NCBI GenBank assembly: GCA_963822585.1
Contig: CAWGIE010000039.1
Span: 64,001 to 128,000 of the forward strand
Reading direction: 5' to 3'
Length of the DNA stretch: 64,000 nucleotides
From: an uncultured bacterium
Lineage (GTDB): Bacteria > Auribacterota > Erginobacteria > Erginobacterales > Erginobacteraceae
This document shows positions 40,192 through 50,483 of this stretch, piece by piece (the stretch's first letter is position 1; the number at the start of each line of letters is the position of its first letter). The position numbers and the translations under genes are program-made. Under the pieces are notes generated by a model that saw nothing but the letters and a program-made list of their open reading frames with translations, did not search any database and was not told where the DNA came from.

Positions 40192-41385
40192 ATGAAAGCG
40201 AAAAAAAGCCGCCTGAAGGGGCTGATCCTATCCCGGGGGGCACTGGAGGACATCCGGGCGACTCTGGCCGAAAGGATCAGGGAAGGTCTGAAAAAAGAGA
40301 AGGGGGAGATCGGGGCGCTCCCGACCTACCTTGCTCCGCCGGGCGCCGATGCTGCCGGAGAAGCCCTGGTCATTGACATCGGAGGGACCAACATCCGGGC
40401 TGCTGGTGTCTCGCTATCAAGAGGCGGGACGGTCGCTGTCAGCCGGAAACCGGCCGCCACCCTCCTTACCAGCACCTGGGATTCGGCCGCGGCCTTCTTC
40501 GACCGGCAGGCCGAACTCGCCCTCTCCCTCGCACCTTCACCGGGGCTGCCGATCGGTTACTGCTTCTCCTACCCTTTTCAGGCCCGGCCGGACGGCGACG
40601 CGGTCCTCCTTTACTGGACCAAGCAACTCACCGTACCCGGGGTTGCCGGCCACAAGGTCGGCGAGATGCTTCTAAACGCCTTCGCGCAGAGGGGGTATCG
40701 GGCGCGGCGGGTCCGGGTACTCAACGATACCGTCGCCTCCCTGCTGGGGGGCGATCTGGGGTTCCGGAAAGGGGGACGATTCGACACCTTCATCGGCCTG
40801 ATCGTGGGGACAGGAACCAACATGGCCGCCTATTTCCCGACTCATCTTCTGGCCGCTAAAGTATCCGGAACTGAGTTCGGCCACGCTAAAATGGCGGTCA
40901 ATCTCGAATCCGGGAACTACCATCCCCCGCACCTGACCTCTTTCGACGACGAGCTGGACGCGACCTACCCCCACGCCGGCCGGCACCGGCTGGAGAAAGC
41001 CGTCTCAGGAAAGTTTCTCCCCCCGCTCTATACCTTCATCAAGGGAGGCCGGGCGACCCCCCCCTTTCTTTCCACCCGGGAGCTCTTTGAGCTGGCCCGA
41101 AAGCATCCGGAGACACCGGATTCAACCCTGGCCCGGGCCATCGTCAGCCGTTCCGCCGATCTGGTCGCCGCCTGCCTGGCGGGGCTGATCGATGTTCTGG
41201 AGGCGAAGGGACGGATCGGGATACTGGGGGAAGGCGGCGTCATCAACAACAACCCGGACTATCATGCTCGGGTCACACGGCAACTGGCAACGCTCCTGGG
41301 AGACAACCCGGAATCCCCCACCCGCTTCGACATCCTCCAGCTGGAGAACGTCAACCTGATCGGGGCGGCGGCGGCCGCCATCTGA
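40192..41385 (+). CDS. Hexokinase (eukaryote-type family)
   Basis: LPTY, IDIGGTNIR, GYCFSYP, WTK, LNDTVASL, GLIVGTGTNMA, NLESG and LEKAVSG. Confidence 0.92.
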   Translation: MKAKKSRLKGLILSRGALEDIRATLAERIREGLKKEKGEIGALPTYLAPPGADAAGEALVIDIGGTNIRAAGVSLSRGGTVAVSRKPAATLLTSTWDSAAAFFDRQAELALSLAPSPGLPIGYCFSYPFQARPDGDAVLLYWTKQLTVPGVAGHKVGEMLLNAFAQRGYRARRVRVLNDTVASLLGGDLGFRKGGRFDTFIGLIVGTGTNMAAYFPTHLLAAKVSGTEFGHAKMAVNLESGNYHPPHLTSFDDELDATYPHAGRHRLEKAVSGKFLPPLYTFIKGGRATPPFLSTRELFELARKHPETPDSTLARAIVSRSADLVAACLAGLIDVLEAKGRIGILGEGGVINNNPDYHARVTRQLATLLGDNPESPTRFDILQLENVNLIGAAAAAI

Positions 41386-41387
41386 AT

Positions 41388-42287
41388 ATGAAATCACCGG
41401 CGAAATCCATCTTCTTGCTTGGACTGATTCTCCCTCTTCTCCCGGTCCGGCCCGCTCTCGGCTGGTATGACTGGCCCCACCGGGTAATCGCCGAGATCGC
41501 CGAAATTCATCTCGACCAGGACGCCCGGCAGGAAGTCGCCTTTCTCCTCGGTGAAAAGACCAGGATGGCCGACGTGGCAAACTGGGCCGACCAGATCCGC
41601 CACGACTGCTGGTGGACCGCCCCCTGGCATTTCATCAACTGGCCCCTGGAACTTGAAATACCCGATTACGATGTCCTGGCCACCCGGAGGGGGAACGTGG
41701 TTTGGGCAGTTGAGAAACAGTTGGCGATCTTCCGCGATCGGCAGAAGAGCCGGGAGGACCGACGGGAAGCCCTGGAATTCGTTATCCATTTCGTGGGCGA
41801 TCTCCACGAGCCGCTGCACTGCGGGCAGCGGGAAGACCGGGGAGGCAACAGCATCCCGGTCCTCTTCCAGGGGCGGCGGATCAACCTCCATGCTGCCTGG
41901 GACGGCGAGATCTACGATACCGGCGGGGAGACGCCGGCCCGGCACGCCGCCGGTCTCCTTGAAGGTCTGCAACCGGCGGAGCGGGACCGGATCATGCGGG
42001 GATGCCCCTATGACTGGGCGGTTGAATCTCACCGGATAGATCGGGATTTCGTTTATGCCCGGCTGCCAGATCTGACCGGAGACGCCGGCCGACCGCAGGC
42101 CCCGGAGCTTTCCGGTCCTTACGCCGAGGCGGCGCGCCCGATCATCCGCCGCCGCCTTCTGGAAGCCGGCCTCCGCCTCGCCTATCTCCTGAACCAGGCT
42201 GTCGCCAACGCTTCCCCTCAGCTTCCCGCGACACCGACTGCTCACCACGGGGGAAGCGGAGATCGAACGCCCTCTCCGAACAAATAG
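41388..42287 (+). CDS. Secreted S1/P1 nuclease
   Basis: Signal peptide then W..xH, WADQIR, WHFIN, HFVGDLHEPLH, NLHAAWD and AGLRLA. Confidence 0.93.
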   Translation: MKSPAKSIFLLGLILPLLPVRPALGWYDWPHRVIAEIAEIHLDQDARQEVAFLLGEKTRMADVANWADQIRHDCWWTAPWHFINWPLELEIPDYDVLATRRGNVVWAVEKQLAIFRDRQKSREDRREALEFVIHFVGDLHEPLHCGQREDRGGNSIPVLFQGRRINLHAAWDGEIYDTGGETPARHAAGLLEGLQPAERDRIMRGCPYDWAVESHRIDRDFVYARLPDLTGDAGRPQAPELSGPYAEAARPIIRRRLLEAGLRLAYLLNQAVANASPQLPATPTAHHGGSGDRTPSPNK

Positions 42288-42438
42288 CGAATAGGGGATG
42301 GTGCTGCTTTGTTGTTTTATTCAGCGGGTTATCCAGTCAGGAAAAACCGAAAGGGGTTGGCTGAAGAAAGCAACAAAACAAGACCGTCCCCTATTTACAG
42401 GTTTCTGACCGAACCAACAGCCAATATGATAAACGGAG

Positions 42439-43911
42439 ATGAATATGACCCGAGGGGATAAATCAACGATAATCCTGCTGACCATAACCCTCTGTCTTAT
42501 CGTCACTCCGGCTTTCCTCCCTTGCCTAAAAAATGATTTCGTTAACTGGGATGACGATCGCTACGTATACAAAAACACGGATGCGCTGAATTTATCCTTG
42601 GGCAATCTTCGAAGAATCTCCACCACTTTCTTCGAAGGTCACTATTTCCCCCTCACTTTGCTTTCCTTCGCTGTCGAGTACCACGAGTTCGGCCTGGATC
42701 CCCTTCCCTATCACATTACTAACCTTCTTCTTCACAATCTGAACTGCCTGCTGGTTTTCTTCTTCGTTTTCAAAATTAGCGGCAGCGTATCCGCCTCCTT
42801 CATAACATCGCTTTTATTTGGCATTCACCCTTTTCATGCGGGAGTTGTTGCCTGGATCACAAATCGGAAGGAACTGCTCATGGCGTTTTTCTTTTTAAGT
42901 TCGACCGTCAGTTATCTGCGCTATTCTGAGCTCCATGTCCGGAAATATTATTGGCTCTCTTTGCTGCTGTTTATTCTGGCCCTATTATCGAAATCCATGG
43001 CCGTTACTCTTCCTTTGGTATTGCTCCTCTGTGATTACGCTCGCGGATCGATCAATGTTAGATCTTGGAAGGAAAAAATCCCGTATTTTGTGATAAGTTT
43101 TGTTTTTGGAATCGTAGCCCTTCTCGCCAGAGGTTCGGCAATACACACCGCCCCTGAACCCCCGGTATCCCTGGATAATATTTTTGGTACCACCTACACT
43201 CTCATCGCCTATTTTCTCCCTAGGCAAATACTGCCTATCCATCCCTATCTTCCCGCCATCAGCAGAAACAGTATTGTTTACTGGCTATCGCCATTACCGG
43301 TGGTAGGCCTGATCACCATGATCGTTTTTCTGCGAAAATGTCACAAGAAGATAACCTTCGGCCTGGCGTTCTTCCTGATCACTATTCTTCCCCCTCTGAA
43401 GCTGATCACGATCGGTCCGACCGCCGATAGATACGCTTACCTTCCCTCCATTGGGATTTATTTCATCATCGGCGAAGTCTTTATCTTCCTGACACAAAGG
43501 AAATTCCACAACAACCGATCCGCAAAGATTGCTTTATGGACACTGCTCATCTCCGGATTTGCCGTATTTTATGCGACTACTCAAGAGCGCTGCAAAGTCT
43601 GGAAGAACGGCATAACTTTATACAGCGACATCCTGGCCCACTCCCACCATCCTTTTAATATTGCACTGTCCCTTATAAACCGGGCGGAAGCCTATACCGA
43701 TAAAGGCCTCCCTGAGAAAGCTCTTGAAGATTTAAATCGGGCATTATCGATCTTACCCGATTATGGTCCGGCTTATCTAGATAGGGCAAAAGCATATTTC
43801 GAATTAAAAAAATATGACCAAGCCCGGGATGATCTTCACCAGGCGGCTCGGCTGAGAGTTAAGGTCGACCCTGAATTTAACAACAAGCTCCGCAAGACCA
43901 TCAGCAAATAG
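42439..43911 (+). CDS. TMTC-like GT-C membrane glycosyltransferase with C-terminal TPR
   Basis: FVNWDD..YV, YFPLT, YHITNLLLH, LFGIHP, VAWITNRKELL, ADRYAYLP, VWKN..TLY and TPRs. Confidence 0.85.
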   Translation: MNMTRGDKSTIILLTITLCLIVTPAFLPCLKNDFVNWDDDRYVYKNTDALNLSLGNLRRISTTFFEGHYFPLTLLSFAVEYHEFGLDPLPYHITNLLLHNLNCLLVFFFVFKISGSVSASFITSLLFGIHPFHAGVVAWITNRKELLMAFFFLSSTVSYLRYSELHVRKYYWLSLLLFILALLSKSMAVTLPLVLLLCDYARGSINVRSWKEKIPYFVISFVFGIVALLARGSAIHTAPEPPVSLDNIFGTTYTLIAYFLPRQILPIHPYLPAISRNSIVYWLSPLPVVGLITMIVFLRKCHKKITFGLAFFLITILPPLKLITIGPTADRYAYLPSIGIYFIIGEVFIFLTQRKFHNNRSAKIALWTLLISGFAVFYATTQERCKVWKNGITLYSDILAHSHHPFNIALSLINRAEAYTDKGLPEKALEDLNRALSILPDYGPAYLDRAKAYFELKKYDQARDDLHQAARLRVKVDPEFNNKLRKTISK

Positions 43912-44198
43912 GCTGTCGGAACGGATAAGTTGGAAACAAATGATTGGGGGATAATGACGTGCGTGTAATCACTACCGAACTGATTCACCCACGACGCGAG
44001 GTCGTGGGGATCTTTGGTTGCTGGGTGGTTCTGTAGCCGAGAACCATTCACCCACGGCACCCCGATGCAGTCTCGGGGGGGACCAAGGCCGTGGGGGCCT
44101 GTGGTTACAAGGCGGCGCTGTAGCTGATGAACTGATTCACCCACCCCGGTTTACCGGGGTGGGGGTCTTAGATGACCAACCTTCCCGGCAGACAGTCG
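43911..44198. repeat. Structured non-coding element with three GAAC..ATTCACCCAC-hairpin-GTGGGG units (REP/BIME-like or ncRNA)
   Basis: Units at 43977-44010, 44041-44097 and 44129-44165 have different but self-complementary stems. Confidence 0.7.
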
Positions 44199-44485
44199 TT
44201 AGTGTCAATTAGTGAAATTAGTGGACCTCTAAAGGGGGCCGGGCTGAGGGAGCATTCAGAGAAATCAGGTAAAACTTGTCCTGTCGAAGATCCTGAGCGA
44301 AGTCGAAGGGAGTGAAGTCGAAGGAGCAGGTGCAAAATATCAGGGGGCGACGCGTCTAAAAACTAAACATCGAACGTCGAACCTTCAACTTTCAACGTCG
44401 AATGAAAATTAGCCATCTGCCCAAATCATCCATCCTCTTCCATCACATTCAATCGTCTGTTCTCTTCAGGGGCCGAGGCGGGGGG

Positions 44486-45397
44486 TCAGGACCAGCGCTT
44501 GTAGATCCAGTTCCACTGGTCGGGGTATTTTCTGATCATCGTCTCCAGGCTCTGGTTCAGTTCCATCAGGATGGTGACGATATCCTCCTCCAGGTTACCC
44601 GTTCTCTTCGGACGGATAACCCGCTCGATGATGAAACGGTGCCGGAAGTCCTTCTGCCGGATGAAATAGACGCAGACGATGGGGGAGCCGGTCCGGAGGG
44701 CGAAGTAGGCCGGCCCCTGGTAGGTGGAGGCGGGGCGCCCGAAGAAGGGAATTTTGATCCCCCGGCTCCGGGCGTTCTCGTCGAAGAGGAGGCAGATCCC
44801 CTCATTCGCCTTCAGCCGCCTGGTTACCAGGGAGAGGTTCTTGTTGATGTCGATCAGCTTGTTTCTGTCCCGCATCCGGGACCAGAGACGGTTCAGATAC
44901 GGGTTGGTGGACGGCTTGTAGAGAACGGACATGGTGAGGCCGAGTCGGGCGCCTAAGTCGGCCAGCATCTCCCAGTTCCCCATGTGGGCGCCGGCATAGA
45001 TGGAGCCCTTCCCCTCCCCCAGCAGCTGATGGAGCAATACTTCGTCTTCCCGATCATAGTCGACAACCTGGAAAAACTCCCGGTCCGACATGGAGGGCAG
45101 CCGGGGAAACTCCAGCGCGGTCACCCCCATGTTCTCGTAGACCCGCTCCGCGATCCTGAGCATCTCCTCCTCCGTCATCTCATCCCCAAATACCCGGGTG
45201 AGATTATCCAGTGTCAGCTTCCGCCCGTATTTTACCCGGCGGAATGCGAATCGCCCCAGGGACCGCCCCCAGGAGACGGTCGTCTTCCAGGTGAGATGAC
45301 GGGCCATCCGGAAAAATGCCAGCGCGATCAGGTAAGCCAGGTACTTCCTGACCTTCGTGACATACCGGTTTTTTTTGATACGCTTCAGGATGTTCAT
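44486..45397 (-). CDS. Lipid A biosynthesis (LpxL/HtrB family) acyltransferase
   Basis: AHMGNWE, PFFGRPAST and PDQWNWIYKRW. Confidence 0.92.
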   Translation of the reverse strand: MNILKRIKKNRYVTKVRKYLAYLIALAFFRMARHLTWKTTVSWGRSLGRFAFRRVKYGRKLTLDNLTRVFGDEMTEEEMLRIAERVYENMGVTALEFPRLPSMSDREFFQVVDYDREDEVLLHQLLGEGKGSIYAGAHMGNWEMLADLGARLGLTMSVLYKPSTNPYLNRLWSRMRDRNKLIDINKNLSLVTRRLKANEGICLLFDENARSRGIKIPFFGRPASTYQGPAYFALRTGSPIVCVYFIRQKDFRHRFIIERVIRPKRTGNLEEDIVTILMELNQSLETMIRKYPDQWNWIYKRWS

Positions 45398-45475
45398 TAG
45401 AACAGAGCGCCTTCGGGGCTAACTTTATGTTTCGGCAAAGTCCGGGGATTAAATAGATGGGTTAATGATTCCTAA

Positions 45476-45665
45476 AGTGGATATCAGGTTATCAGAGTAT
45501 CAGTGGGAAGAATACCAGGATATCAGGTTATCGGGCGACGCCGGCTCCCCTACCTGATCTCCTGATATTCCGATACTCTTCCTCCTGGTCTCCTGATCTC
45601 CTGATATTCTCCCTAACGGTCTCCTGATCTTCTCCCCACTGGTCCTCTGATTTCCTGATATTCTA
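45476..45665. repeat. Inverted pair of short tandem repeats (ATCAGG arm / CCTGAT arm)
   Basis: gatatcaggttatcagagtatcag..gatatcagg vs cctgatctcctgatattc..ctcctgatctcctgatattc. Confidence 0.75.
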
Positions 45666-45670
45666 TTCTC

Positions 45671-47200
45671 CTATTTCTCAAAGAGCTTGAAGAGCGTATT
45701 CACCCCCTGGTCGATCGCCTGCTCCTTCTTCTCCCGTTTATCCTGTTTCTTCGTCCGTTCCTCGTCGGTCAGGTTCGGGTCCTCTTCCTTTTTCTGGTCC
45801 TTTTTCAGAAGTTCGTCTTTCAGCCAGGAGGTTGCCCCCCCCTGGATAAAGCGGGCGGCGAAGTCGTTCTGCAGGTTATCGGGCGTTCCCCAGACTTTGA
45901 AGGTGAAGACCTGGTACCCCGGAAAATCGGACGCGGGCGTGAAGGCTCCTCTGAGTTCTTTGGGTTTGATATCCCCGACCAGGTCATCGCTGAAGTTGAG
46001 CCCGACCAGAAGGTCCGTTTTCTGATCGTGAGCGAGATCGATGGTACCGCCGACCGTAAAGATCACGTTATGGGAATGGATGATCACCTTGGTCAATGTC
46101 ACCACCTGCCGGGCGAGATCGAATTCGGCATCAGCCTGGTCGAACGTGATGACCTTGATATGCTCGTCATCCTTCATCAGTCCGGCGACCAGTTCCTGGA
46201 TCGGGTTTCCGGTTATCGTACCGTCCTTGATATCGAGGTCACCCTTCGCCGTCAGGGCATCGGATTGTTGGGCGTCCCCGCGGGCGGTGAAGGTGCCGAA
46301 AACTTTCCCCGTGATCTCCGTCTTCATCTCCGCCCCCCGAAACGGTTTTATCAGAAGGGGGATATCCAGGTTGTCCAGAGTGAGCTCGGCATGATAAGGG
46401 ATCGTCGCCGGGTCTTGCAGGTCCGCGCCGGCGGTACCGTTCACTTTTCCGTCGGCCACCACGGCATCGATGGTCGCTTTCATTCCCCGGGCGCCCTGCA
46501 GCTGGAGATCTGCCCGTAGATCGCTGACCAGCCGGTCTCCTTTAAAACTGATCCCCCCGATAGTGAGCTGGCCCTCGATCTGCCGCGGTTCCGTCAGCTG
46601 GAGAATCCGGGCCGTGAGGTTCACCCCCTCCAGCTTCACGGGGTCGTATCCCCGCCCGGTTATCAGCTCCACCACACCGTCACGGATCTGGAGCGTTTCG
46701 ATCGAAATCTTCCAGGCGGACTCTTTCTTCACCGGCGCCGGTTTCACCGCCGGTTTCTTTTTTCCTCCGGAGGCTGATCCCGGTTTTTGTTTGGGCGCGC
46801 CCGGGATAATCCATTTACCTTCAGCGTCTCTTTTTAACCTGATCAAGGGAGAGTCGATAATGATCCTGTCGATGCTGATTTTTTTGCTCAGAAGATCACT
46901 CAAATTATATTTGAGGGTAACTTCATCAACGGTGAGAACCGACGGATCGCCGGCCACTGGAGAGGCGACGACAATCCCGGTCACCACAAATCCTTTGAAA
47001 ATGGAAGCCGATAAGGAGCCCAGTGTGAGATCGACCCCCGCCTGTTTTTGTGCTTCAGTCTGAATCTTCTCCAGAAATGCGGGGGTATTCAGGTACTGAT
47101 TGAGATAGAGAACAGCCGCCACCCCGGCACCGATCAGCAGGATAACCACTATCACCACACCGATAACAATCTTTTTCCCGACTGACTTCTTTTTTTTCAT
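45671..47200 (-). CDS. AsmA family protein
   Basis: N-terminal TM anchor, beta-taco-like pattern (IDRIIIDSPLIRLKRDAEGKW) and C-terminal FKVWGTPDN. Confidence 0.8.
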   Translation of the reverse strand: MKKKKSVGKKIVIGVVIVVILLIGAGVAAVLYLNQYLNTPAFLEKIQTEAQKQAGVDLTLGSLSASIFKGFVVTGIVVASPVAGDPSVLTVDEVTLKYNLSDLLSKKISIDRIIIDSPLIRLKRDAEGKWIIPGAPKQKPGSASGGKKKPAVKPAPVKKESAWKISIETLQIRDGVVELITGRGYDPVKLEGVNLTARILQLTEPRQIEGQLTIGGISFKGDRLVSDLRADLQLQGARGMKATIDAVVADGKVNGTAGADLQDPATIPYHAELTLDNLDIPLLIKPFRGAEMKTEITGKVFGTFTARGDAQQSDALTAKGDLDIKDGTITGNPIQELVAGLMKDDEHIKVITFDQADAEFDLARQVVTLTKVIIHSHNVIFTVGGTIDLAHDQKTDLLVGLNFSDDLVGDIKPKELRGAFTPASDFPGYQVFTFKVWGTPDNLQNDFAARFIQGGATSWLKDELLKKDQKKEEDPNLTDEERTKKQDKREKKEQAIDQGVNTLFKLFEK

Positions 47201-47305
47201 ACCATCCCTCCCTTTTTTTTACTTGAAATCATCCGGCGGACAAACGTATACTGAATACAGCCTGAATAGAACCGATCTATCATCATTTTAATAATTAAAT
47301 ATTTT

Positions 47306-48142
47306 ATGAAAGACCTCTATAACCGTGTTATCCAGCTACAGACTCTTTATTTCGCGAGAGATGAACAGCGGATCGGGGGAGACGGCAATAATCTGAAGGC
47401 CCTGGAATCATCCATCGCCGCGCTCCTGAAAAAGCTGCCGCCCGACACCGCGGACTTTTTCCAGGAACTTCAGGCTCGGACCCCCCCGGCGGCAGCCCCG
47501 GCGGTGAACGAAACCTGCTACGGATGCGGAATTGACCTGCCTACTTCTCTCTGCGCTGAACTGCTGCATATGGATCAGCTCATCCACTGTCCCAACTGCG
47601 CCCGCTATCTCTATCCGTACCAGGGAGAGCGACTGAATATCCGCGACGACATGCTCCGGCGGACTCTGCCCCATCTGGGGATAGAACGTTTCTCTTCCGA
47701 AAAACTGATGATCCCGAAGTTAAAAGCCGACGACAAAAAGAGCGCCATTACCGAGATCGCCGAGCTGATGGCTGACCAGATCTACTTTGACGACCCGCGG
47801 GTATTGATTGATAACGCCCTGGAAAGAGAGGCTATCATCAGCACCGCCGTTGAACATGGGCTTGCCTTTCCTCATGTCCGCGGCATAGACACCGGTTCCC
47901 TGACCGTGGCCCTGGGCTTGCATAAAAAGGGGATCAAGTTCGGAGCCCCGAACAACAGGCTCACAAAAATTATCTTCTTTATCGTTATCCCGATCGGCGC
48001 CAGTGCCTTCTATCTCACCCTTCTGGCGGGGTTGATCGAATCGCTCAGCACAGTCGAGGCGCGAAAGCAGTTACTGCAATCCTCCACCCAGGAGGAAACC
48101 TGGAAAACACTGAAAAAGTTGACTAAAAAGCATATTCCGTAG
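47306..48142 (+). CDS. C4 zinc-ribbon plus PTS EIIA (PtsN-like) fusion protein
   Basis: CYGC..CPNCARYLY and ALEREAIISTAVEHGLAFPHVR. Confidence 0.88.
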   Translation: MKDLYNRVIQLQTLYFARDEQRIGGDGNNLKALESSIAALLKKLPPDTADFFQELQARTPPAAAPAVNETCYGCGIDLPTSLCAELLHMDQLIHCPNCARYLYPYQGERLNIRDDMLRRTLPHLGIERFSSEKLMIPKLKADDKKSAITEIAELMADQIYFDDPRVLIDNALEREAIISTAVEHGLAFPHVRGIDTGSLTVALGLHKKGIKFGAPNNRLTKIIFFIVIPIGASAFYLTLLAGLIESLSTVEARKQLLQSSTQEETWKTLKKLTKKHIP

Positions 48143-48357
48143 ACCGATGCTTCTCTTCCAAGTTAAGCTTTAGAATCAGACTCCTCCCCTCAAAAAGTTT
48201 TTTAAATAAATTTCGAAACCCGAATGACGAAATCCGAAAGAATACCTAATAACAAATGATTGAAGGCAGAATTCTGTCGGCGCCCTGGCCACTTCGTCAT
48301 TCATGATTTGGATTTCATTCGTCATTCCTCATTCGGATTTCGTCATTTCTACTTCGC

Positions 48358-50150
48358 TTAGCCTAATTTTAGTACCTCAATAAACGCTTTCTGGGGGACC
48401 TGAACCTGCCCCACCATCTTCATCTTCTTCTTCCCCGCCTTCTGTTTCTTCAGGAGTTTATCCTTCCGGGTCCGGTCTCCCCCGTACAGTTTCGCCGTCA
48501 CATCTTTTCGGAAAGGGTTGATCGTCTCCCGGGCGATAATCTGCCCGTCGGCGGACGCCTGGATCGCGATCCGGAACATGTGGCGCGGGATCACCTCCTT
48601 CAACCGCTCCACCATCTTCAACCCCCGGGACCGGGCCTTTTCCCGATGCACCAGGCTCGAGAAAGCGTCCACGGGCTCCTGGTTAAGCAGGATATCCAGC
48701 TTCACCAGGGAACTCGGCCGATAACCGCTGTACTCATAATCCAGAGAGCCGTACCCGTGAGTCACCGACTTGATCAGGTCGTAGAAATCAATGACCACCT
48801 CGTTGAGGGGGAGTTCGAAGGTCAGGATGACACTGTTAAGACCGAGGCTCTCGGTCGCGGTGCACTCGCCCCGCCGATCCTGCGCCAGCTGCATGATCTG
48901 GCCGATATGTTCGTTCGGGGTGATGATAAAAGCCCGGATAAACGGCTCCCGGATTTCAACGATCTTGGTTCGATCCGGGAGGAGCATCGGGTTGTCGAGG
49001 ATCGTCTGACGGCCATCGGTGGTCGTCACCTGGTAAACGACACTGGGGGTGGTCATAACCAGACTCAGGTCATATTCCCGCTGGAGACGCTCGTTAATGA
49101 TATCCATGTGGAGCAGACCTAAAAAGCCGCAGCGGAAACCGAAGCCGAGGGCCTGGGAGTTTTCCGCCTGATAGATGAAGGATGGATCATTAAGATGCAG
49201 TTTCTGGAGGGCGGCTTTCAGACCCTCATAATCGGCGCTGTTGATGGGATAGAGCCCGCTGAAAACCAGCGGCTGCAGTTCCTTAAATCCGGGGAGTGGT
49301 TCCGCACACGGTTTGGCCGAAGACGTCAGAGTATCCCCGATCATCACCTCGGACGGCTCTTTAATGTTAGCGATAATATACCCCACCTCGCCCGCGGTAA
49401 GCTCCCTCGCCGCCTCCATGGACGGCCGGAAGACGCCGACTTCCTGAACCTCGTACTCCCGGGCACTGTTCATAAGAAGCACCTTATCCCCGGCCATCAG
49501 GCGCCCGTTCACAAGACGGACGTAAACAATCACCCCCCGGAACGGATTATAGACGGAATCGAATATCAATGCCTCCAGCGGCCGGTCGTCGCGCCCGGGA
49601 GGGGGGAAACAACCTCGATCACTTTCGCCAGCAGATCGGAAACCCCGGCGCCGGTCTTGGCACTGATCCGGAAAATCTCCGCTTCGGTAAAACCGGCCAG
49701 ATCCTTCAGCTGCCGGATACACCGGGGGACATCGGCATTGGGAAGGTCGATCTTGTTCAGCACCGGAATGATTTCAAGTCCCTGTTCGAGGGCCAGATAA
49801 AAATTGGCTACTGTCTGGGCCTGCACTCCCTGAGCGGCATCAACCAGAAGAATGGCCCCCTCGCAGGCGGAAAGGCTCCGGGACACCTCATATGAGAAAT
49901 CAACGTGACCGGGCGTATCAATCAGGTGCAGAGTATAGTCACCCTTGTCATCCGAACGGTACCGCATTTGCACGGGGTGGGATTTGATGGTGATACCCCG
50001 TTCCCGTTCCAGGTCCATGTCATCGAGTACCTGGTCCCGGAAATCGCGGGGTTTGATTGTCTCGGTGATCTCAAGGAAGCGATCGGCCAGGGTGGATTTT
50101 CCGTGATCGATATGAGCGATAATACAGAAATTTCGAATCGGATTTTCCAT
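48358..50150 (-). CDS. lepA: Elongation factor 4 (LepA), frameshifted at the G6 run 49601-49606
   Basis: [19 protein letters not shown] in ORF 49566-50150; [17 protein letters not shown] and [11 protein letters not shown] in ORF 48358-49722. One extra base gives 597 aa. Confidence 0.95.
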
Positions 50151-50483
50151 TGTTACTTATACCCTGCTTAAAAATGATTCACATTGAAAATAAATCAATT
50201 AAAACCACGAAGGACACGAAGATCACGAAGATCATTCAAATAGACCGATACATTTGGCCGGGAAAAATGATCGGGCAATGTAGTGAATTTCAGGGGCAAA
50301 TAGTCTTAATCCGAAGGGAAGAGGAATATTTGACCGCGGATTTTTCAGAAAACTGAATTCGCGACTGCGGTTTTTCTCAGCTCCATATCGGGAGAGAATT
50401 CGCAGATATCTTACAGATCTTCGTGTCCTTCGTGATCTTCGTGGTTATATTCCCCCCTATTGACAATCAGATGCCGGTGGTCG

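Noticed and set aside
43977..44165. Possible mini CRISPR array, given the Cas4-like gene elsewhere in the window
   Set aside because: Only three degenerate units with uneven spacing; the variable parts are self-complementary stems rather than spacers; no cas1 or cas2.
43959..44198. Group II intron or tmRNA/RNase P RNA (GTGCG present)
   Set aside because: No domain V/VI, tRNA-like ends or RNase P conserved motifs recognisable by eye.
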